Source: a virus
Strand: one strand, 5' to 3'
DNA length: 46,085 bases
Virus record (IMG/VR): IMGVR_UViG_3300005546_000008
Span: 1 to 46,085 of that record
Shown: piece after piece, positions 32,916 to 41,124 of the stretch
Position numbering within the stretch: position 1 is the stretch's first letter
Layout: each line of letters opens with the position of its first letter
Made by a program: the position numbers and the translations under genes
Notes under the pieces: generated by a model
What the model was told of the DNA's origin: nothing
Database searches by the model: none
What the model saw: the letters and a program-made list of their open reading frames with translations, nothing else

Positions 32916-33213
32916 GGCGTGGCGAGGTTCTAATGGGTTCCAGTGTAAACAGGTTACCCTCGTTGGATGTGAGCGAGGAATCTGGAAGGGGGCGCATTAT
33001 CACCCCACTAAAAACTCCCTCTGGGCGTGCGTTGCTGGACGCGTGCTTGCACGAGTCGGAGAAGCCATCATACCTCTCAAAGCTGGAGATGGAGTACTTG
33101 TGTATATACCGGCGACTATTGCCCACGATATCATGGGACTTGAGCGAAGAAACGTCATCGTGGAACTAGATAGCGCTGAGTTCGTGGAAGGGGATAAGGT
33201 GAGGGTAGTATGA
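32815..33213 (+). CDS. rmlC: Cupin resembling dTDP-4-dehydrorhamnose 3,5-epimerase (RmlC-like), short. Start uncertain.
   Basis: LLQKPVHKDHRGWVYEAW matches the RmlC segment with the conserved D-x-RG-x-F. GIWKGAHYH matches G-x-hydrophobic-RG-hydrophobic-H-x-Q. Candidate starts are GTG 32815, ATG 32866 or the track's 32707. All overlap the RmlD-like gene. Confidence 0.5.
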   Translation: MTLNPAFDEIYPILSQPMLLQKPVHKDHRGWVYEAWRGSNGFQCKQVTLVGCERGIWKGAHYHPTKNSLWACVAGRVLARVGEAIIPLKAGDGVLVYIPATIAHDIMGLERRNVIVELDSAEFVEGDKVRVV

Positions 33214-33302
33214 TTATTCTACTAGTTATACCTGTTGGTATATTTTTATATTGGTTACTGGATCGGGAAGGATTAGCTGGTGGTCATTATGATGATTTCT
33301 AA
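33210..33302 (+). CDS. 30-aa hydrophobic micro-ORF in an AT-rich spacer (tentative)
   Basis: ATGA overlap with the RmlC-like stop, and its TAA abuts the rmlB ATG. Translation: MIILLVIPVGIFLYWLLDREGLAGGHYDDF. Confidence 0.25.
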   Translation: MIILLVIPVGIFLYWLLDREGLAGGHYDDF

Positions 33303-34289
33303 ATGAGAATCCTAGTAACGGGGGGATTTGGGTTCATCGCCTCCGAGTTGGTACGCCAACTTGTTGAGAAGGGTGATACTATTGCCGTTGTGGACCCCAT
33401 CACCTACGCAGCCTCTATGGATAACTTAGCTGATGTAGAGGGAAAATTCGAGCATTACATATGCGGGGTTGAAGATCCCGATATTCACTCTCTCCTCGCC
33501 CACTTCAAGCCTGAGATTATCTACCACGCTGCGGCTGAGAGCCACGTTGATAGGAGCCTCAACTCCTACAAAGCCTTCGTAGACACCAACATCACCGGCA
33601 CCTTCAACCTCATTGAGGCAGTGAGGGTGCATGCACCAACATGTAAGTTTGTGTATGTGAGCACGGATGAGGTGTATGGCTCCTTACCCGAGGGGCGCGC
33701 CACTGAGGGTTCACCCCTCAACCCCACTAATCCCTACAGCGTAAGCAAAAGTGCCGCTGAACATACGGTTAGGGCCGCCGCGCATACCTGGGGACTCAAT
33801 TTTGTAATCACAAGGAGCTGCAACAACTATGGCCCACGGCAACATCCCGAGAAGCTCATCCCTCATGCTATCACCAAACTCCTCAGTGGAGAAGCAATCC
33901 ACCTCCATGGTGACGGGGGGAACATCAGAGAGTGGGTATATGTGGCGGACAACGTCCGAGGGATTATTGCGGCCGCGGATAGTGGTGTATTGGGAGAAAC
34001 CTACAACGTCACTACAGCGATTGCTCAGACGAATAAGGAGATTGTTTACCTCCTCGCTAACAAGTTAGGTGTCATCCCCAACATCGAATACGTCCCTGAT
34101 CGCCCCGGCAACGACCTCCGCTACGCTATGACTTCCGCCAAACTTCGCCTCCTTGGCTGGAAGCCTGAAGAAACTCTCGATAGTGGTATTGATAAGACAA
34201 TCGCGTGGTACGAAAAAAGCAAGATGTGGTGGAGCAGCAAATCGACGCCGCTCTCCAAGCCCAGCGGGTCCAAAAGCTCCAACAGCTAA
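33303..34289 (+). CDS. rmlB: dTDP-glucose 4,6-dehydratase (RmlB)
   Basis: MRILVTGGFGFIASELV (GxxGxxG), YHAAAESHVDRS, VSTDEVYG, the catalytic YSVSKSAAE (YxxxK) and SCNNYGPRQHPEKLIP are all hallmark RmlB segments, present in order. Confidence 0.85.
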   Translation: MRILVTGGFGFIASELVRQLVEKGDTIAVVDPITYAASMDNLADVEGKFEHYICGVEDPDIHSLLAHFKPEIIYHAAAESHVDRSLNSYKAFVDTNITGTFNLIEAVRVHAPTCKFVYVSTDEVYGSLPEGRATEGSPLNPTNPYSVSKSAAEHTVRAAAHTWGLNFVITRSCNNYGPRQHPEKLIPHAITKLLSGEAIHLHGDGGNIREWVYVADNVRGIIAAADSGVLGETYNVTTAIAQTNKEIVYLLANKLGVIPNIEYVPDRPGNDLRYAMTSAKLRLLGWKPEETLDSGIDKTIAWYEKSKMWWSSKSTPLSKPSGSKSSNS

Positions 34290-35839
34290 TCCACCACGCT
34301 AAGCGGGAGAAGTGTCGCACCGACCTATATTGGCTTTGTACAGAGATATTGTACAAGGATGACTGCTTAGACTACAAAGCTAAAACAGGTTTGGATCTCT
34401 ACGATGAGGTATACCACCGTGCCATGTGCGCTGCCGTACAAGCTCCCGCTCGCAAAAAGCTGCACTTATACGCTAGAAATACATTTAAATCCTACGTGGT
34501 CACTGTGGGAGACACTGTACGAAAGCTCCTCATCGATCCCAATGAGCGGATTGTACTGGGTAACGTCAAGCTCGACAACGCCCGCCAACTCCTCCAGCAT
34601 GTTAGGCACCTCTTCTGCAACAACGAACGCTTAAAGGCGCTTTTCCCCGAATATGTTCCAAAGACTCTTGCGGAGATGGGTACTAAGGATCAGTTTACAG
34701 TCCCCTGCCGTACCAAATTTTATCGCGAGGCCTCTATTACGGCTGTTTCTACTGGTTCTCGCATGGCTGGACCGCATTTCAGCGGGGCGAAGATAGATGA
34801 TCCGATTGATCATGAAAACTGCACCACCGAGGAGCAGCTCCTCCAAACGAAAGAATGGTGGGAGAGGTTCCAGTATTTGCTTGATCCAGGATCATGGGTG
34901 GACGTCGTTGGAACCATATACCACTATCAGGATCTTTACGCCGACCCGATTATCTCTCGCGGCGATTACGTCATTCATCGTGTCCCTATCGCGTACAAGA
35001 AAGAAGGCGGCGAGTGGCAGTCGCGCTTCCAAACCCGCTGGCCGTGGGAGCGCCTCGAAAAGATGATGAACTCCGAGGACTCCTCGGAGCAGTGGAACTT
35101 CTGGCATCAGATGATGCTTGAGCCCAAGAACATCGGGGATGTGAAGTTCGACCCCACCTGGATAAGAGAGGTTAGGCCTTCGCAGATTCCCAACAACTTA
35201 GGCCACATCATCACCATAGACTCTGCTTGGAAGGGAGAGGAAACTCGGGGTAAAGGTGACTACACTGCTATTCAGGTATTTGGATTTGATAATCTGGGGC
35301 ACATTTACCGCCGCGATTGCGTGTATTCTAATAAGCTCGACATTCTTCAAGGCATTACTGCGATATGTGATCTCATGGCTAAGTGGAGATCGTCCACGGT
35401 AGTGATTGAGGCAGTGGGGCAGGATACCTTCTCGCGCCCCTTTCGTGAGGAATGCAGCAGGAGAGGGTTAGGGTTAAGGTTGGTGATGCCCAAGCGCGAC
35501 GTGAAAACCAAAAAGGGCGACCGCATTATGGGCCTCCAACCTTATTTCAAACTGGGGCAGTTTTTGATGGTTGAGGGGTGCCCCTTCAACAAAGAGTTTG
35601 TGACTCAGCTTACCTGCTTCCCCAACACAGCGCATGACGATTTGATAGATGGTGCAGCGGATGTGCTGCTGGATGATGTAAAGGTTATGCCTCGCGGCCA
35701 CTATCGTGATGATGATTGGGGCTCCCCCCTTCGCCCAGCTTCAAGTGAAGGTGAGGACCGCACCCGCGCATATGCCGCACAGCAAGAAAAATTCAAAAGT
35801 AGTGTTGTGGGCGTGATTCGCCCGGATTGGACCCATTGA
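34205..35839 (+). CDS. terL: Terminase large subunit
   Basis: LHLYARNTFKSYVV is a deviant Walker A of the PRG-x-x-KS type. The C-terminal RNaseH-like nuclease has IITIDSAWKGE, TAIQVFGFD and AHDDLIDGAADVL. It lies directly upstream of the portal gene. The GTG start overlaps the rmlB 3' end by 85 nt (alternatives GTG 34226 and 34229). Confidence 0.8.
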   Translation: MVRKKQDVVEQQIDAALQAQRVQKLQQLIHHAKREKCRTDLYWLCTEILYKDDCLDYKAKTGLDLYDEVYHRAMCAAVQAPARKKLHLYARNTFKSYVVTVGDTVRKLLIDPNERIVLGNVKLDNARQLLQHVRHLFCNNERLKALFPEYVPKTLAEMGTKDQFTVPCRTKFYREASITAVSTGSRMAGPHFSGAKIDDPIDHENCTTEEQLLQTKEWWERFQYLLDPGSWVDVVGTIYHYQDLYADPIISRGDYVIHRVPIAYKKEGGEWQSRFQTRWPWERLEKMMNSEDSSEQWNFWHQMMLEPKNIGDVKFDPTWIREVRPSQIPNNLGHIITIDSAWKGEETRGKGDYTAIQVFGFDNLGHIYRRDCVYSNKLDILQGITAICDLMAKWRSSTVVIEAVGQDTFSRPFREECSRRGLGLRLVMPKRDVKTKKGDRIMGLQPYFKLGQFLMVEGCPFNKEFVTQLTCFPNTAHDDLIDGAADVLLDDVKVMPRGHYRDDDWGSPLRPASSEGEDRTRAYAAQQEKFKSSVVGVIRPDWTH

Positions 35840-35975
35840 TCCGCAAAACCTGTACCGGACATTGGTTTATTTGGATTCACTACTGGCGAACCGTTCTTGT
35901 TTCCAAATCAATAATGGTGTTTTGGAAGCCTCTAGAAATGCCCAGCATACGTTTTAACTATATAAGAGTTAGATA

Positions 35976-37958
35976 ATGCCCGATATGGGATTTTTCAGCG
36001 GCACCGGCAAGCCTCAGACTGAGACTGCCACCCTCGATTCTAGAGTACAGCTTTGGACGCGCAGGAAGAGTGATTCACAAAACTTGCGCATCCTGCATGA
36101 AAGCTGGTGGACGAAGTATTGGAGTTGGTATAGGGCGCGTATCACCGAACTTAACGATCCTGTGGATTGGTGGCGCTCCAACGAAGTGGTGCCTGAAATA
36201 TTCAAGGTTATCGAAACTATCCTCCCCCGCCACATCATAGGGATGTTTAGCGGCCCCGAGTGGTTCGCGGTGCAAGCTACCACAGGCGCAGGGGAGATGT
36301 ATGAGCAAAGTGTGCAATCCCTCCTCATGTATGGTGTGGAGAGGATGAAGCTGTTTCCCAAAGTTTATGAAGCGCTGAAGTATTGCGGCATCATGGGGCA
36401 CGTTTGGGGGAAGGTTACGTGGCACACTGAGGTGGGGGATAAGGTTAGAGACATCCCTGTTAATCTTGTTGATGAGATGGGATACCCTTCCCTTGATGCG
36501 CAGGGGAGGCAGAGAGTTAGTAGTGAGCCCCAGATTAACAAAGAGACCACCTATGATGACCCCATGTTTGATTGGGTTGACTTATTTCACGGATGGCCCG
36601 ACCCCAGCGGCAACAATCGTTGGTTTATTGAGCAGATGGATGTTAACTATGACCAACTGCTTGAAGCTAACGAGCAGATGAACATCTATCAGAATCTTGA
36701 CCAGGTTCATCCTTTCTCCATCACCCCCCAAGACACTACTTCAGACTTTGGAAATGAGCAGAATACAGTTGAGGGGATTCCCTACGACACCACACGCTTG
36801 AGTCGAGACGGACCAACGGTGAGGTTGTGGCAGTGTTGGGGATGGGTGCCACCTAACCTTCGTGGCTCCGACAACATCGCATGGCGCTTGCAGGTTATCG
36901 CCAACGGTCAGGTTGTGATTAGGGATATCCCTATGCCCACGCCTGACCTGCGCATCCCCTACTTCCCCATCAAGAGCATCCCTATCCCACGTCGCCTGTA
37001 CGGCGAGAGTATCGTTCGTTACATCGGCCCCCTTGCGGACCAGATGAATCGCATCGAAAACTGGAGAATGGATGAGGTGCTGCTGGGGATTTGGGGGCAG
37101 ACTATCTTTAACCGCCAAGCTGGAGTAAGCGACAACAAGCTATTCCTTCAGCCAGGTGGCGCACTCTTCGTTGATGGCAACCCCAGCGAAGTCGCATTCC
37201 CCATGCCCCGCAAGCCTATCATCCCCGAAGCATACACTGAGAGCGCTAACAAGCGTGAGCAGATAGAGAGCACCAGCGCCGCTACTCCTTTGGTGCAGGG
37301 GGTGATGGAGACTAACCGCGCCACAGCCTCAGAGATTCATACACGCTCCTTGCAGGGGAATGCCCGCTTTGAGCTTATGACGATGTGGCTTGACTACACT
37401 CTCAAGAAAGAACTCCTTGATCGCATGTTCAAGCTGTACCAACGCCACCTACCCCCCGACCGCCTCATTCGCCTTGTGGGCCAGCCTAATCAGATGATTC
37501 AGTTGGATATCAGTATGATCCAAGAGCCCGTTGATATTGTCATCAACAGTGGGATATTCGCGTTTAACAAGGAAGATAGGCTTCAGGGGATGAACCAAAT
37601 GATATCCGCAATGGCAGCCAACCCCGACCTCATGAAGCATTTCCGCCTCAATAACATCGCCCGCGAAATTGTCACCGATATCGGGTGGCGCAATCCCGAC
37701 AAGTTTGTAATGAGCGAAGAGGAAGTGGCGCAGAACGATCAAGCTGCCCAACAGATGCAACTCGCAATGGCAGCCGGTCAGGTTATGTCTCAGGAGCACA
37801 TTGATGCTAACAAAGCTGATGCAGAGGGTGATGCAGATACTAAGGTGGCCGTGGTCAAGGGAACCTTTGATCTGGCCCGTGAGCGTATCAGAGCGGCTGC
37901 TCAAGCAAGTGCGGCCAAGCAGCAAGCAGCACGGGCGAAATCCTCAAACTCTAGATGA
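35976..37958 (+). CDS. Portal protein
   Basis: 660 aa, positioned between the terminase and scaffold/capsid genes. N-terminal W/Y-rich region (WWTKYWSWYRARITELNDPVDWWRSNEVVPEIFKVIETILPR) and a C-terminal Ala/Gln-rich helix, as in podovirus portals. Confidence 0.75.
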   Translation: MPDMGFFSGTGKPQTETATLDSRVQLWTRRKSDSQNLRILHESWWTKYWSWYRARITELNDPVDWWRSNEVVPEIFKVIETILPRHIIGMFSGPEWFAVQATTGAGEMYEQSVQSLLMYGVERMKLFPKVYEALKYCGIMGHVWGKVTWHTEVGDKVRDIPVNLVDEMGYPSLDAQGRQRVSSEPQINKETTYDDPMFDWVDLFHGWPDPSGNNRWFIEQMDVNYDQLLEANEQMNIYQNLDQVHPFSITPQDTTSDFGNEQNTVEGIPYDTTRLSRDGPTVRLWQCWGWVPPNLRGSDNIAWRLQVIANGQVVIRDIPMPTPDLRIPYFPIKSIPIPRRLYGESIVRYIGPLADQMNRIENWRMDEVLLGIWGQTIFNRQAGVSDNKLFLQPGGALFVDGNPSEVAFPMPRKPIIPEAYTESANKREQIESTSAATPLVQGVMETNRATASEIHTRSLQGNARFELMTMWLDYTLKKELLDRMFKLYQRHLPPDRLIRLVGQPNQMIQLDISMIQEPVDIVINSGIFAFNKEDRLQGMNQMISAMAANPDLMKHFRLNNIAREIVTDIGWRNPDKFVMSEEEVAQNDQAAQQMQLAMAAGQVMSQEHIDANKADAEGDADTKVAVVKGTFDLARERIRAAAQASAAKQQAARAKSSNSR

Positions 37959-38004
37959 AACGATCCGCCTCGCCAGCATTAGCGAGAGTTTCATCAAACA
38001 CGAA

Positions 38005-38286
38005 GTGTGGGAGGCGCTCGAAGCGGAAATGGACTCTTACGAAGCAAGCGTCATACGCGAGCTTACACGCGCAGGCTCCACCCACGACGAAGAGAAGCGA
38101 GCAATCTTGTTCGCCATCCAGGTGTTGCGCAACTACCCCTATCGTCTCATTGAAGCAGGCAACGCGGCCAAGCGAGCCCGCCACGAAGCCGAAGAAAAAA
38201 AGAGGCTCGCACAAATGGAAACCATCGGGCAGGCAGTTGAAACGCTCGGACCCTCAATCCTCCAAACTCGCATTGATGGTTGGTAG
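38005..38286 (+). CDS. Hypothetical helical protein between portal and scaffold. Start uncertain.
   Basis: Frame-1 ORF (track 37801..38286) with a protein-like translation from about 37951 (DETIRLASISESFIKHEVWEALEAEMDSYEASVIRELTRAG...). The first non-overlapping canonical starts are GTG 38005 and ATG 38029. Confidence 0.4.
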   Translation: MWEALEAEMDSYEASVIRELTRAGSTHDEEKRAILFAIQVLRNYPYRLIEAGNAAKRARHEAEEKKRLAQMETIGQAVETLGPSILQTRIDGW

Positions 38287-38318
38287 GCGTAAGACGCGCT
38301 CGGTAGATGGGAGAGGAA

Positions 38319-39191
38319 ATGTCGCAGGTAGTTAGTTTTAGTCCGGTTATGAAAGATGGGCAGCTTGATCTAGGGCATGGGGATTTGGATGGTACTAACG
38401 TTGAGGGTGTGGGGCAGCAGACTACACCGGGGAATACTAACTTTGATGATGGTTCTAACGTGGCGCAGTTGAGTAGTCAGGTTAATCCGTGGGAGGTTCC
38501 CACGAATGAGCCTGTTACAGCCCCACAGGTTGTGCAGGCGCAGCCTCAGTCTAATCCCCTTGCAGATGAGATTGCCCACCTCAAAAAGATTGTGGGCGAC
38601 CAGGGTAACCAAATTGGGGAATATAGGAAGCTGCTTAATACCCTCGCTTCCCAAACTCAGCCTCAGCAGCAGCATATGGGGTTTGCGCCTCAGCAGGCTG
38701 CTCAGCGCATCATCAACACCCCCAATCCCGATGACTATCCCACCGCCCGCCAGATTGAGGAAGGTGTTATGCGAGTGGGGCAAGTCTTGTATGAATCCCT
38801 CCAATCCCAGCTTCAGGAGACGGCTGCTAAGGCCCAACTTGCTGCTGCTGGTATCACCCCCGAGGAGCAGCAACTCCTCGAACTCCAGTACCCCGGCCTC
38901 CGCACCATGGACGCCAATACTCGCGCAGGCGTGGTTAGCGCACTCGCGAAGAGTAAGCGTCTTGAAACGCAGGCCTTCACAGCCGCCAATACCCAAGCTA
39001 CTGCTCAGGTAGCCGCGCAGGGCGTCAGGCAGCGTGTCTTTGTAGAACAGCCTCAAGCGTACACCAACGTACCCTCAGCCGGTCAAACCGTCGATATGGA
39101 CGCCTTTGGTAAGCTCAACTCCAAACAAATGGAGGAAGCTCTCAAAAAGATGGGCGTCCCTAGAGTGGATGATTGGAACCGGCGAGGATAA
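38319..39191 (+). CDS. Scaffolding protein
   Basis: It lies between portal and capsid genes. Gln/Ala-rich helical sequence. The ATG at 38319 follows a GGGAG Shine-Dalgarno (alternative ATG 38307). Confidence 0.55.
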   Translation: MSQVVSFSPVMKDGQLDLGHGDLDGTNVEGVGQQTTPGNTNFDDGSNVAQLSSQVNPWEVPTNEPVTAPQVVQAQPQSNPLADEIAHLKKIVGDQGNQIGEYRKLLNTLASQTQPQQQHMGFAPQQAAQRIINTPNPDDYPTARQIEEGVMRVGQVLYESLQSQLQETAAKAQLAAAGITPEEQQLLELQYPGLRTMDANTRAGVVSALAKSKRLETQAFTAANTQATAQVAAQGVRQRVFVEQPQAYTNVPSAGQTVDMDAFGKLNSKQMEEALKKMGVPRVDDWNRRG

Positions 39192-39205
39192 AGGATAGCT
39201 AAGTA

Positions 39206-40174
39206 ATGGCTTCTCCAACAATTACCTCAATTGCGAGATTGGTACCCACGTACTATGATCGCCTTCTTTTGGACAACCTCTACCCCGACCTCTACCTTTG
39301 GCAGTTCGGGGAGAAGCGCAAGGTTCCGCCCAACAGTGGTAAGACTATTCTGTTCAACAAGTGGACTAAGCTGACGCTTGGTAACTTCGTTACAGAAGGT
39401 ACTCCGATTGGAACTTGCGCCATGTCAGCGTCGCTCGTGTCCACGACTCTCTCCGGCTTCGCGCTCGCCGTGAAGCACTCCGACTTCCTCGTCATGACCG
39501 CCATCAGCGACGTGATCGCGGGGTCAGTACAGGAAGTCTCGAAGAGCCTCGCCCTCAAGATCGACTCGCGCATCCGCCAGGTCATCAGTGGACTCGGCAC
39601 GCAGATCACCGCCTGCGTGGTTAGCGTGGCGGGTTCCGCTGTCGTGGGTAAGCTGAAGAATGGAGACCGCCTCAAGGCTCGCGAGGTTGTTCGTTCGCTG
39701 CGTACCCTCAACGTCAACAACGCCAAGACCTTCCCAGACGGATTCTTCGGGATGGTGCTGCACCCCTATCAGTTGTGGGATATCCAGGGGGATACCTCAA
39801 CGGGTGGTTGGATCGACATCAACAAGTACGCCTCCAACGACACGGTGCAGAATTTGTATCGTGGAGAGGTTGGACAACTCTATGGATTCAGGGTTGTGCG
39901 TAGCACCAACGTTAAGGCCGGTCTCGCCGCTTCTCCCGCTTCCGCCGCCAACTCCGCCTACATGGGCTTCGCTATGGGTCCGGGCGCATATGGAGTTGTG
40001 GAGCTTGATGAGGGTAGCGCGAGAGTGTTCGTGAAGCAGCTTGGTTCCTCCGGTACGGCTGACCCTGTTAACCAGCTTGCCACTGTGGGAGCTAAGATCT
40101 ACTTCAGCGCCGTTAACCTCGATTGCACGAACCGCCTCGTTACCATCAGTTCGGGCAAGTCCACCGCGTTGTAA
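39206..40174 (+). CDS. Major capsid protein (HK97 fold)
   Basis: 322 aa. LYPDLYLWQFGEKRKVPPNSGKTILFNKWTKL and GFALAVKHSDFLVMTA fit the conserved N-terminal layout of podovirus major capsid proteins. It follows the scaffold gene. Confidence 0.75.
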   Translation: MASPTITSIARLVPTYYDRLLLDNLYPDLYLWQFGEKRKVPPNSGKTILFNKWTKLTLGNFVTEGTPIGTCAMSASLVSTTLSGFALAVKHSDFLVMTAISDVIAGSVQEVSKSLALKIDSRIRQVISGLGTQITACVVSVAGSAVVGKLKNGDRLKAREVVRSLRTLNVNNAKTFPDGFFGMVLHPYQLWDIQGDTSTGGWIDINKYASNDTVQNLYRGEVGQLYGFRVVRSTNVKAGLAASPASAANSAYMGFAMGPGAYGVVELDEGSARVFVKQLGSSGTADPVNQLATVGAKIYFSAVNLDCTNRLVTISSGKSTAL

Positions 40175-40185
40175 GGGAGGCTTTC

Positions 40186-40473
40186 ATGGCTGATCAGTTT
40201 GCCAGCAAGCCCGGTAAGGATCAAGGTTTCGACCCCCGCAACAACCAAGCTCAGACTGTCCCCGCTGGGAGAATTGGACAGGAGTATCCTTCAATCCCCC
40301 CTGACGCCGATCTCGCTGTGTGGGACGATGAGTACAATTACGACCCCAGCATTGCACGTAAAGTGCCACGCAATGGGGTGGAATGCACCGCCCACGCACT
40401 CTTCCACTCTAAGGGAGTGAGTGTGGATAATGATCAAAACACTAAGTATGTTTACAAGCCAGGAAAGGGATAG
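40186..40473 (+). CDS. Hypothetical protein (capsid-associated by position)
   Basis: ATG at 40186 with an AGGGAGG Shine-Dalgarno. 95 aa. Confidence 0.5.
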   Translation: MADQFASKPGKDQGFDPRNNQAQTVPAGRIGQEYPSIPPDADLAVWDDEYNYDPSIARKVPRNGVECTAHALFHSKGVSVDNDQNTKYVYKPGKG

Positions 40474-40475
40474 TT

Positions 40476-40685
40476 ATGAGTGAGAATCCTGCACAGAACG
40501 CTGCTTCCGGCCCGCCCAATGTTGGCCCGCGTATTGGGGGCACCTCCCCCAACCACGTTGGTCCCTCGGGGATGGGAACTGAGGGTGGCGCTATTGGAGT
40601 TATCACGGCGATGAATGTTGATGCGGAGAGTTTCCCCGTTAACATGCGTACCGTGAATGAGCCCGAGGGTGAGTTTCTGAAGTAG
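40476..40685 (+). CDS. Hypothetical Gly/Pro-rich small protein
   Basis: 69-aa ORF with a purine-rich GGAAAGGGA Shine-Dalgarno-like stretch upstream. Confidence 0.45.
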   Translation: MSENPAQNAASGPPNVGPRIGGTSPNHVGPSGMGTEGGAIGVITAMNVDAESFPVNMRTVNEPEGEFLK

Positions 40686-40704
40686 TCCCGACAGGACGAG
40701 TTAG

Positions 40705-40727
40705 GGGGGATCTCGCCAAAATCCCCC
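40705..40727 (+). terminator. GC-rich hairpin after the capsid gene block (candidate partial terminator)
   Basis: GGGGGAT (40705-40711), loop ctcgccaaa, ATCCCCC (40721-40727), followed by acccctttc. It sits in one of the few intergenic gaps (40686-40746). Confidence 0.4.
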
Positions 40728-40746
40728 ACCCCTTTCAAGGAGAGTT

Positions 40747-41124
40747 GTGGCTAGCGGGTTCCACGGAAGTATGCCAGCAGAGGTGTTTAAGGGGCTTATT
40801 GAGCGCGCTAACCCCACCGATAAGGCCCTCAAGTTTGAGGTGTCGCGCATGAATGGATACCGCAACGCGGGGTTGTATCGCGATGATCAATACATCATGG
40901 GCGTGACGCGCAACGAATTCCCTGAATACACCGTGAGAAGCGCGGATGACGGGATTGAAGCGTTAGGGTGGAGGGAAGCACTAACCTCTCTTCTCCTTGA
41001 AGGGTATATCAAGGTAACCCCCGAGATTGTAACATGGTTGGGGATGGATGGAGTGGCGTACGCACTCTCGCCGCGTGGGGGGGAGTGGATTCCTAACGAG
41101 AAAGAGAGTATAATTATAAAATGA
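40747..41124 (+). CDS. Hypothetical protein
   Basis: GTG start 2 nt after an AAGGAGAG Shine-Dalgarno. 125 aa. ATGA overlap with the first glycosyltransferase gene. Confidence 0.5.
   Translation: MASGFHGSMPAEVFKGLIERANPTDKALKFEVSRMNGYRNAGLYRDDQYIMGVTRNEFPEYTVRSADDGIEALGWREALTSLLLEGYIKVTPEIVTWLGMDGVAYALSPRGGEWIPNEKESIIIK

Noticed and set aside
35840-35975. The 136-nt gap between terminase and portal as a late promoter or small RNA
   Set aside because: I found only weak hexamers (TTGGAA, TATATA) with poor spacing, and a 7-bp AT-rich stem with a 27-nt loop. Nothing rises above chance.
37955-38335. Track ORF 37955..38335 (+, 126 aa) as the gene following the portal
   Set aside because: The translation is dominated by Arg/Ser/Lys/Pro/Thr and looks out of frame. 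The alternative frame (ending at 38286) gives a balanced helical protein, and the ORF would run into the scaffold gene start.
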